Shown here piece after piece: positions 26,698-37,086 of a DNA stretch of 64,000 nucleotides. Source of the DNA: Anthoceros angustus (taxonomy: Eukaryota > Plantae > Anthocerotophyta); contig MU008189.1 in the NCBI GenBank assembly GCA_010909165.1, positions 62,001 to 126,000 on the forward strand, in the 5' to 3' direction. The stretch's first letter is position 1. Each line of letters begins with the position of its first letter. Position numbers and translations under genes: made by a program. The notes under the pieces were generated by a model. It ran no database searches and was not told where the DNA came from. It saw nothing but the letters and a program-made list of their open reading frames with translations.

Positions 26698-28179
26698 ATG
26701 GCGCAGGCTCGCATGGAGGCGCCGGCCAAGGGCGGATTCAGCTTTGATCTGTGCCGCAGGAATGCCATGCTCGAGATTAAGGGCGTGAACATGCCAAAAT
26801 TTCGAAAAACGGGCACCACCATCGTTGGCGTGGTGTACAAGGTTGGTGCTGTCTGTGAGCCCGATTGATTGTCTAGGTTTTGCAGGCTGCTCCGGATCCG
26901 GCGGTGCGAGGCGAGGCACTGAGATATGGTGGTTGTGGTGATCGTAGGACGGAGTGATTCTGGGGGCAGATACCAGGGCCACGGAGGGGGAGATTGTTTG
27001 CGACAAAAACTGCGAGAAGATTCATTACATTGCGCCCAATATCTACTGCTGCGGTGCTGGCACGGCCGCGGACACTGAAAATGTCACAGGTTTGGCTTCT
27101 TTTCTCCTCGCTGTTTACAGAATCAAGCATGAGCTCAGCTTAGGAGTGTTGGTCAATTTTGTATTCTTCTCAGATATGATCAGCTCTCAGCTGGAGCTCC
27201 ATCGGTATGCTACGGGTCGACAGTCTCGCGTTGTTACTGCCTTGACGTTGCTCAAATCTCATCTCTTCGGGTAGGTTTGGTCACAATCGGCGCAATCGGA
27301 AGCTCGTCGTTATTTCTGATCCCTATGACAGCTTACTGATCTTACTGTTTCTACCATTCCAGCTACCGAGGGATGGTCAGCGCTGCATTGGTCTTGGGAG
27401 GCGTCGATGTAACCGGCCCTCATTTGCATGCTGTAAGTCTCTCTCTTGTGAATGAGAGTTTAGGGTATGTGCAGATTGTGTATGGCAGCTCATTCTGTCA
27501 CTGGTTGCTCAGGTGTATCCGCATGGGTCGACGGATACTTTGCCGTTTGCAACAATGGGGTCAGGTTCTCTCGCTGCTATGTCAGTGTTTGAATCCAGAT
27601 ACAAAGAGGAGATGACGGTAAGCTCTGCCATTACTTTACTGCGCCTTTGTGTTATCGAGATAAGGAATCTCCAAGCTGTCGCTCAACTTGTCGGGATGGA
27701 ACGTTTTTCAGCAAGAGGAAGCCATGGAGCTGGTATCAGACGCGATCTGTGCTGGTATTTTCAATGACCTTGGGAGCGGGAGTAATGTGGACCTTTGCAT
27801 CATCACCAAGGTAGGACAGTTTGTGCTTTCACTTAATGCAACTGTGTGTCCTACGTTTGCAACTCACATCCCCCCTTTGCATTTTTGAGCAGGGTGGGAA
27901 GGACTATAAAAGAAACTACAAGCAACCTAATCCTCGTAGCTACAACCGTGCCACTGGCTACACCTTCGCGAAGGGACACACACGTAAGATAACCTCCTCC
28001 TTTTTCATCCTTCGTAGCTCCATTGACCACTTTCCATCAGCCTCGGTGCTACATCTAACAGACCCATTGTTGCACCGTGTCCTTGGGCAGCTGTTCTGAC
28101 GACCAAGGTCACCCCGCTGCGGGAGAGAGTCACCGTTGTGGAAGGGGATGCGTTGGAAGGGGAGGCTATGGAAGAGTAG
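26698..28179 (+). CDS. PBB1: 20S proteasome beta-2 subunit (PSMB7/PBB)
   Basis: [11 protein letters not shown], catalytic [32 protein letters not shown] and [13 protein letters not shown]. Ends EAMEE*. Confidence 0.96.
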
Positions 28180-28272
28180 GCTATGGAAGAGTAGGCTTCA
28201 TTCTTTAGTTATCGTCTCCTGTACATAGCAGTTGATTGATGCTTTGGAGGCAGGGAACTTTCATGCTAAATT

Positions 28273-28383
28273 TGTGGAGATAGCCGAGCTTTCCTCGGCT
28301 GGTGCCGCTTGTGGGGATAGCCGAGCTTTCTTCGGCCGGTGCCACCTGTGGAGATAGCCGAGCTTACCTCGGCTGCTGCCACT
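28273..28383. repeat. Three 37-bp tandem units, each with a GC-rich hairpin
   Basis: tgtggagatAGCCGAGctttcCTCGGCTggtgcc units at 28273, 28310 and 28347. Confidence 0.9.
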
Positions 28384-28734
28384 GACTTAATGAAAGTATA
28401 AACCAGCTCAATCGGTTGCTAAGCTTTGCGCAAGCATGTCAAACAGTCTCCACATCTTGCTCCTTATCTCTTTCTCCATTGAACAGGACGGATTCGAAGA
28501 CGGAATTCGAACTGGTAATCCAGAGAAAGAGCCCGTGAATCCCCTAATGCCGCGGAGTCTCGACACTGATACATCACATCCTCTGCGACCTCTGCTCGCA
28601 CCTAGACATTCATTTTGATGAGGCGGAAGAAAGAACCAGGTTGCGAATTTCCGATATCTGTGCAACGCTGCGCCCAGCGTCAGGTATGCAGTCCCATTGG
28701 AGGTTTGGGAGTGAGGCCGGGCCGCTAGACTGGC

Positions 28735-31209
28735 ATGGGTACGCTTGCAGCTCGTGTTGGTGAAAGATTGAGGGTGGCAGGAAATGAAGGGCTTTTGGCA
28801 TCTGCAGCTTGGACCAAATTGTGTGAGCATGGACGGCTCGAGGAGGCCTGTCAGGCAGTGGAGCTTATGGGCAGGCAAGGAACTGTAGCTTCGGCCGACG
28901 TGCTCTACCGCCTGCTGAAGGGATGCACTGCGAAGAAAGACCTAGGTGCTGGCAGGCGGGTGCATGCCCTTGCAGTGAGGAGTGGGTACGAGAGCAACAC
29001 CTTTCTCGGGAATCACTTCATTCGCATGTACGCTTCTCATGGCAGCTTATTGGAAGCAAACCGAGTTTTCCGCCGACTTCCTTCCCCAGACACATTTGTG
29101 TGGGGGTCTATTATCTCAGCACATGCTGACAATGGGCAAGCTGAGAAAGCTATACAGCTATATCGACAGATGCGGCAAACAGATGCCAAGCCGAATGACT
29201 TCATGTTCGTGTCAGTCCTTAAAGCATGTGCCACTGCAGAAGATTTGGGGTCTGGCAAACTGGTCCATGAAGATGTGATGCACAGCGGGTTTGAGTCGAA
29301 TGTGTATGTAGGAAGTGCACTAGTGGATATGTATTCGAAATGTGGGAGTCTTAAGGATGCCCGTGGAGTGTTTGACAGACAGCCTTCCAGGAATGTGGTT
29401 ACGTGGAGTGCTATGATTGCAGGATACACTCGACAGGGGCTTGCTCAAGAAGCCATTCAACTCTACATGAGTATGCAGCAGGATGGATTGCTGTCAGCTA
29501 ATGTGATGACATTTGCAAGTACTCTCAAGGCGTGTGGTATTGCGGGGGATGAGAATGCTGGCAAGCAGATTCATGGTGAAATTCTCAAGAGGGGACTGGA
29601 AGCAGATGTTTTCGTTGGGAGCACCCTGGTGGATATGTATGCCAAATGCGGAAGTCTGGAGGATGCTCGCAGAGTTTTTGACAGACTGCCTGTCAGAAAT
29701 GTTGTCACATGGAATGCCATGATCACAGGATATGCCCAGCATGGGCAGACTGAGAATGCGCTGAGACTTTATGGCAGTATGCAGGAGGACAAGGGGATTG
29801 CAGCTGATAAGGGTACTTTCGTGGCCCTTCTGAAAGCTTGTGCCAGCACGGGAGATGTAACAGAAGGCAAGAAGATTCATGTCAAACTGAAGGAGAGTGG
29901 ACTGGAATCAGATGTTTTCATCGGGAGCGCGCTGGTCGACATGTATGCCAAGTGTGGGAGCCTGGCGGATGCTCGGGCTGTGTTCGACAGGCTGACCGTG
30001 AAGACTGTGGTGACATGGAATGGCATGCTTGCAGGGTACGCTCAGAATGGTCTTGGTCAGGAAGCTGTCAAACTCTACGAGAGCATGCACCAGGATGGCA
30101 GGGTACCAGCCAATGACAGCACATTTGCCACCACTCTCAAGGCATGTGGGAGCGTAGGGGCCTTGCAGGAAGGCAGGCGGGTCCATTCACAGATTCTTGA
30201 AAGAGGGTTGGAGCAAGATGTTTCTGTTGGAAGCACATTGGTGGACGTGTATGCCAAATGTGGGAGCCTGGAAGATGCTCAGCTGGTTTTTGACAGATTG
30301 CCTTGGACAGATGTGGTGACATGGAACGCCCTTATCAATGGTTATGGCCAACACAACCAATGCCTTCGAGCCATACAGTGTTTTGAGAAGATGCTGGAAT
30401 GTGGAATTGAGCCCACAGCTGGGACATTCAACAGCATTCTCGTTGCCTGCAGTCACGCTGGCCTTGTGGACGAAGGCCTGCACTACTTCAACTTGATGAC
30501 AGACCAGTACAGCATTCTACCAGGGATTGAGCATTACACAAGCATGGTGGATCTTCTCGGCCGAGCAGGCTGCTTGGATGAGGCAGAGAAACTCCTGCAA
30601 ACCATGCCATTTGAACATGACACTGGTGGTTGGAAGTCCTTGCTCAGTGCCTGCAAAAGCCATGGCAACATCCATGTAGGAAGGCGCTGCTTTGATCGGT
30701 TGGTAGACATGGAGCCGCAGGACTCAGCTGGGTATGCTCTCATGGCAAGCATCTATGCAGATGCTGGCAGGCAGGAGGACGCACATCAGATAGAACTTCT
30801 CAGAGAGAGTGCAGGTGTTGACAAGAAGCTTGCAAAGGCGACGATAGAACTGAACCACCAGGTGTACGAGTTCACTGTCGGGGACAAACGAGATGATGCT
30901 TCAGCCAAGCTGAAGAACCTGACAGAGCGGTGGAAGGTGGAAGCAAAAGAGCCCTCAAAATCACAATACAACAAAGAGATAGAAGATGCCTTATGTGAGC
31001 ATGCTGAGAAACTAGCAGTAGCTTTTGGCCTCCTGAACACTCCAGACGGCACAACTCTTGTGGTGACAAAAAATCTGAGGATGTGCGACCACTGCCATAG
31101 TGGCACCAAAATAATCTCTAGCTTAGAGAAGAGGGAGATAATAGTTCGAGATGCTCACCGTGTACATCATTTCAAAGAAGGGTTTTGCTCTTGTGGGGAT
31201 CGCTTTTGA
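28735..31209 (+). CDS. PLS-PPR protein with DYW:KP-type domain (ends GDRF); candidate U-to-C organellar RNA editor
   Basis: P-L-S array with E1/E2. KKLAKATIE replaces the PG box, the SHP segment is absent, and HAEKLA, LLNTPDG, MCDHCH and the CSCGDRF end are present. Confidence 0.92.
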   Translation: MGTLAARVGERLRVAGNEGLLASAAWTKLCEHGRLEEACQAVELMGRQGTVASADVLYRLLKGCTAKKDLGAGRRVHALAVRSGYESNTFLGNHFIRMYASHGSLLEANRVFRRLPSPDTFVWGSIISAHADNGQAEKAIQLYRQMRQTDAKPNDFMFVSVLKACATAEDLGSGKLVHEDVMHSGFESNVYVGSALVDMYSKCGSLKDARGVFDRQPSRNVVTWSAMIAGYTRQGLAQEAIQLYMSMQQDGLLSANVMTFASTLKACGIAGDENAGKQIHGEILKRGLEADVFVGSTLVDMYAKCGSLEDARRVFDRLPVRNVVTWNAMITGYAQHGQTENALRLYGSMQEDKGIAADKGTFVALLKACASTGDVTEGKKIHVKLKESGLESDVFIGSALVDMYAKCGSLADARAVFDRLTVKTVVTWNGMLAGYAQNGLGQEAVKLYESMHQDGRVPANDSTFATTLKACGSVGALQEGRRVHSQILERGLEQDVSVGSTLVDVYAKCGSLEDAQLVFDRLPWTDVVTWNALINGYGQHNQCLRAIQCFEKMLECGIEPTAGTFNSILVACSHAGLVDEGLHYFNLMTDQYSILPGIEHYTSMVDLLGRAGCLDEAEKLLQTMPFEHDTGGWKSLLSACKSHGNIHVGRRCFDRLVDMEPQDSAGYALMASIYADAGRQEDAHQIELLRESAGVDKKLAKATIELNHQVYEFTVGDKRDDASAKLKNLTERWKVEAKEPSKSQYNKEIEDALCEHAEKLAVAFGLLNTPDGTTLVVTKNLRMCDHCHSGTKIISSLEKREIIVRDAHRVHHFKEGFCSCGDRF

Positions 31210-31629
31210 CAAGTGACTGGCTGCTCTCTCCTGTGCACACGGAATGGCCATGGTGCGGGAAAGCAAGCTTGCACGACAAACCCTCATCAAAGAGGTTCAT
31301 TCGTCATGCCCTGCCATTCACAAGGCAAATTACCTATAGCGTTGTTTTCTGGGTGCGCTAATACGCAGTTAGCCTATGCTGGAGAGGTTGTTAAATAAAG
31401 AGACTTGTTAATAAGGGTAAGTTGGAGGGACGATGTTTAGTGGCAACGTGATGTGGTTTCACAGCCCAACTTTTATGATCTTTGTTATTCTAGCAAAGCA
31501 GTGTCAAGACTTATTTGGGACGATTGGACAATTAGCAGCTCTTACTTTCTTTTGCAACTTTTTAAGTGGTGAAAGCATATGGCCCGAACATTTATGTGTC
31601 TTTTCAAACTTAAACAAAGGTTATTAAGC

Positions 31630-33760
31630 GAAAGGATGTGGATGAAGATGGCTGGTTCATAGATTGTTTGATCCCAAGATGCAGAGGTGAGCCAGGCTCC
31701 ACCGAGTACCCTCAGGAGGCGAATGACAAGGTTGTAAATGACAAGACTCCTGCAAAAGTCAAGGCTGCTGTAGAAGACAAGACTCCAGCAAAAGACACGG
31801 CTGCTGCGAAGGGCAAAACTCCAGCAAAAGACATGCATACAAGGTTTGCATGCTCTCCATGGAAATCAATAATTACTCCCTAAAGTTTTGTAGTGAACCT
31901 ACGAGCTTGCAGCAGATGTAGAAGGTGACTTTGCCATGCTGACAGATACCACAACCTTCCTTCAACCCCAAGGATGAACTCGATGCTATCCTCGTAACAA
32001 GTCTACATCGTTCCTTTCTCACCCATACGCTCCAGCACATTCTTTCAACTATTCTATACCATTGTTCTTAAAAAAGGTGAGACTTTCAATTCAATTTAGT
32101 CCCAACTTGATGATAAAGCTCAGAATTTACCTAGCATTTCATAGCTTGCAGACTAGGTAGTGATATGCAAAGCAAGTAAGCTTAAAAACGGCCTATCATT
32201 AATTGGGAAGCACTCTTTGTTCCAATGTGAACGATGGTAATACATATCCTAGAAGAGACCCGGTTCTTGTGTTGATAGGGTACACAAAAGACAAGGAAGT
32301 TAAATCACCAGCACATGAGCAACCGATAGACAAGGAAGTTGGATTGTCTTCACATGAAGATTTGATAGACAAGGAAGGAGACCGGAACACTATTCGCCAG
32401 GCTATAGCTATGATTCTCATCCAGGTGGTGATGCGTTGAAAGAATTGGAAATGAGTTGAGACACCAAACATGAAAAAGAACCCTAGTATAGTACTGATTC
32501 ACCCAAGGGCGCTTAATTGCAGAGTTCTTAAGTCTTCGTGTTTGTTGCACACCCTTGAATTTGCATCTACAAGCCTCCAGACCCTCACATGGCAATGCTG
32601 TATGAGGGAAAATTGTTAGATTAATTAGTATATGTCAGATCAAGTAGCTAATATGTGTTAAAAAGAGCTCTCTAGATAATTTAAATTTGGTCTTTTGTCG
32701 TTTCAGATTTCTTAGATGGCAGAGTTAAGCCTAGTTGAAGATCTAGAGGAACTGCTAGATTAAGTAGTAGAGTCATCGCAAAGGCTACCATTAGGGCATA
32801 ATCAGAAAGGCTACCAATAATGAGTTCAAAATGAGTGAAAAAAGTACCCACTCACCTGCAGTGGGACAATAGCTTGAGAGTCCACTCAAGGAGCTGGAGG
32901 GTGTGTTAACAACTTGAAGTGGTGGGAATGTCATAAAGTTTTGGAACGCATTTGATAGAGTTGCATACTGGTCACGGATACAGGCCATATTTTTGGTTTT
33001 GTGAGATTAGTGTCACAACCTTAGAACTTGCGATGAACTCTTATTCAAAAGAAGGAGAAGACAACTTGAGGCCTATGCGAAGAATATGAAGCCAAGCTAA
33101 AAACCGCCAGGTCGGGAATTCCAAAATGCCTAGTCATGGGTCAAGCTTGGTCCTATGCTATCCTTTTCTTATGGACCGTGGGATAAACAATTTTTGGAAT
33201 TTCAAGCCATTCTCGGATGGCTCAACTATGAGTCACCTAGCGAATTCAACAAGTATTTAATTTTGTAATGATATGTCGGAAACACAACTTTTTTTCCTAT
33301 TACCAAATTTGTATCAATTTTGTCCTTTCCACCACATCCGGATTTCGGACTCTAAGTTTGGAGACATGAGAACTAGGACTTTTCGGGGAGTTTTAATTCA
33401 GAGAAACTAGCGGAATAAAATTGTTCACTTGTTGAAAAATATTATGAAGTTTCTTAAGTTCTTCAAACTTCCAATGCACTTCTTAGGACGTTTGTTAACT
33501 TGTTAACTTCTCAGGTGTAGAAGTCACTGGAAATGAAAAGTCGGTCATATGCAAATTTTCCAATATCCGTTCAAGTGTTTCGATGTGTCCAAGACAATTT
33601 GGTAGCCAGGTCAATGCGAACCGTTAACCCAATCTAATGTGAAGGTGATTTGTCTCTATCCGTGCAAATTTTCTTGTCACTACTTTGTACTTTGAAATAA
33701 ATTATTTAATTTTTTATTATTTTGAAAAAAAATCGAGGCCTTTACAAAGATATATCGATA
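31630..33760. mobile_element. Degenerate TE-derived region (gag-like and low-complexity remnants)
   Basis: DKTPAK repeats at 31740-31830, broken gag-like stretches at ~32700-33100 and AT-rich non-coding sequence. No intact ORF. Confidence 0.35.
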
Positions 33761-34477
33761 TATACATACAGTTCTCGTGCTTGAGGGGGTAAACACAAAA
33801 TCAAGGAAGGCCAGCGGCCAGCGGCCAACAGACCGCCGACTCCAAAAACTAGAAGCCTAACAAGCACCAACAGACTGCCGAAATGAGTCATTTGCCGAGT
33901 GCCGTTGATGCGAAGTAGCAGAGATCCCTGCAGCAGACTCGTTGTGATTTCGAAGACAAGCTACAGTTCCTGGGAATCTATATATCTATCAAGGTGTTCA
34001 ACATCATTCCCTGTTGCCCCCGAGGCTCTCTTCCAAAGCTTTTCCCTAGCAATGCATCTTTTTTGCGAGTTCCTCTTTTAAGGCTCTTCTTTGGCAATGC
34101 TTTCTTTTTTTCTGAACTGGAAGAATGGACTAGGGACCCTTTTCCTCCTACTCTGGATTCTGTCATTCCTTGGCTTCAAAAGCTTGAATGACTTGCTCTG
34201 TTCTTCATCGTACCTTACTGATCCGAGATCTCGAGTGCTTTCGCCTATCTGTCCCTCGTTAGGGATAGTCACGCGCTTGCTACACTTGAAAACAGACCAG
34301 TGTGAAAATGCACTGCTCGGGGCATAACCTTGCCCTGGCGGGGCTACTTGTTTTACGTACAATAAGATAACTTTCCCTTCCACAAATGTTGGTGGCCGTG
34401 TACAACAATTGGGATACCGGAACACTGATGTACAATAATCTACAACTGTGGGTTTACCACTAGATTGTCAACAAGTT

Positions 34478-36741
34478 CTACTTCTCATCGTCTGACAACA
34501 GGAGACAGGAACCGTCGTCGTAGTTGGCCAGAGGGTTGAAGAAAGGGTTTCCAGGGTCTGTGCAACCTGGTACCAAGTCAAGCTCACAGCGGTCACCCTG
34601 CCAGATGAACATATCATCGCCAAGTGAGCAAAGGAGAAGCAAAAAGACTGTCATTCCATAATAATACTGTGAGTGAGAAGGGTCAGAGTGAAAAGCGCCT
34701 CTCACCCCATCGTGATAAAGTCCTGCTATGGCACACCGATCTTGGAATAGAACAGAATCCGGGAAGATAGCTCTGGCGCAGGCACCATCTGGCGAGAGCT
34801 CCTTGGCAAGCTCCTGCATGGCCTCGCGCAAATCAGTGTCTGGTATTCGAGTTAAGAGCTACTGTACTTCTAAGTTGTAAAACAGGTGTAAGAATACAGA
34901 CCTCATTGAAGTACTCAACAGGCTTGTTCTTAAGCTTTTTAGGGACCTCCAGAGGAAGAGTGTAAGACTGAGTCCAATTGGTCCCATCAGTGAACGAGAA
35001 TACAATAGTAAGAGCTGCAAACGTTCCAACCAACATCAGACGAGCACAATGAATACATGCCACAAGTTGCTAGTGTAAGTAATCCCTCCCGGGCATTCTA
35101 GGCTTACCATGCACAGGGACATTGATCTTGATGGTGTACAATGGCTCACACTTGAGTCCTCTATCCTTCTTTGTCATCACCCTAGGCTCACCTCCACACA
35201 TGGTCGGCTGATTGAAGCCACCTGCACAAACGTCTCTGACATCAACCACCATCAAAACAGGAGAGGCCGAAACAACATACCCAGTGAAACTCCTCCAGAA
35301 CTTCACCGTTGAAGCCGATGCCATATTCTGCATCCGGCTGAAGATTGCTTGCAGCTGGGTTGAAATAGATGGTGAGCGGTTCTCCCTACCACAAACACTG
35401 GAGGGATCACAAACATGGCCAACTTCCCACGAGAACTTCCTGCCAAAGAAACGGAGAAATAGAACCTGCCGCTCAGACATGCACACCGATCTTGGAATAG
35501 AACAGAATCCGGGAAGATAGCTCTGGCGCAGGCACCATCTGGCGAGCTCCTTGGCAAGCTCCTGCATGGCCTCGCGCAAATCAGTGTCTGGTATTCGAGT
35601 TAAGAGCTACTGTACTTCTAAGTTGTAAAACAGGTGTAAGAATACAGACCTCATTGAAGTACTCAACAGGCTTGTTCTTAAGCTTTTTAGGGACCTCCAG
35701 AGGAAGAGTGTAAGACTGAGTCCAATTGGTCCCATCAGTGAACGAGAATACAATAAGAAGAGCTGCAAACGTTCCAACCAACATCAGACGAGCACAATGA
35801 ATACATGCCACAAGTTGCTAGTGTAAGTAATCCCTCCCGGGCATTCTAGGCTTACCATGCACAGGGACATTGATCTTGATGGTGTACAATGGCTCACACT
35901 TGAGTCCTCTATCCTTCTTTGTCATCACCCTAGGCTCACCTCCACACATGGTCGGCTGATTGAAGCCACCTGCACAAACGTCTCTGACATCAACCACCAT
36001 CAAAACAGGAGGAAACAACATACCCAGTGAAACTCCTCCAGAACTTCACCGTTGAAGCCGATGCCATATTCTGCATCCGGCTGAAGATTGCTTGCAGCTG
36101 GGTTGAAATAGATGGTGAGCGGTTCTCCCTACCACAAACACTGGAGGGATCACAAACATGGCCAACTTCCCACGAGAACTTCCTGCCAAAGAAACGGAGA
36201 AATAGAACCTGCCGCTCAGACATGACACCGACATAGGTCACTCACAGAAGCAGGAGGCCGCCCCGTTCCAGTCTCCCAGTACACCGCGTAGCGACCCATT
36301 TCAAATTTAGACCAGCTCGGCAGCGTGTACCTGCAGAAATGCGTCAGTGTGAGCATTGAACACAACAAGGCATCACCTGGAGCTGAGGAAGGTCGATGGA
36401 TGCTGTGCTCACTGGTCAGTGCTCGTGTCCACAGCCACTGCTGCGGAGATTTTCCTAAACAAAGCCTGCTGAGGTTGGAGTTGCGCAACCCTTGGAGAAG
36501 CCCTGGCAATCTTGGATCCCGCGAATTGCGACACTGCCGAGGCCGAAGAGAAAAACGCGGAATCAGAGTGACAGACCACCAACCAGACTGCAAAGTTGGA
36601 AACAGGAAAACGGAAGCAGATGCAGCTACCGAGCGGGGCCGGCGAAGCTGCGGGTGAGGACCGTGAGGTTGGCCCGGCGTTGGAAGAGGGACCACAAACA
36701 GGCTTCACGACCAGCGTCGAGGAAGACAAGGTAATCGCCAT
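34478..36741 (-). CDS. PIFI: Post-illumination chlorophyll fluorescence increase protein, carrying an internal tandem duplication
   Basis: Exons [89 protein letters not shown] and [22 protein letters not shown]. Confidence 0.85.
34731..36224. repeat. Near-identical ~750-bp tandem duplication inside PIFI
   Basis: gcacaccgatcttggaatag starts at both 34731 and 35481. The copies differ by a few small indels and substitutions. Confidence 0.95.
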
Positions 36742-37086
36742 CGCTGCTGCTCGAAGACGATAGCGTCAAGCTCTGAATTTGTCAAGAGCAGCAAGGATTG
36801 TAGAAGCGCAAAGGCAACTGGCAAGAAGGCAAAATGAAGACTCGAGCTACAGAACTCCCACTGATATTTTCAATTTGTGGTGGCTAGCAAAATTCCGAGG
36901 ATGTAAATGCCAGATGTGTTTATCCGACTAATGGGCACTTTGGTCCATGACGCTAGTGCAGCTCGACTGCTCTCATCGACGCTATTGCAGAGCCCAGTGG
37001 CGAATGGGTGAGATTTTTTATCCGTGATTCCTGGTGGGTTTTGTACAGAGTGGGGGAGCCTGCTAGTCCCACAGAACGGAGCCGAG

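Noticed and set aside
28164-28196. 15-bp duplication covering the PBB1 stop codon
   Set aside because: The second copy lies after the first TAG, so the protein is unchanged. It is a trivial slippage event.
28273-28383. 37-bp palindromic repeats resembling CRISPR repeats
   Set aside because: The units are head-to-tail with no spacers.
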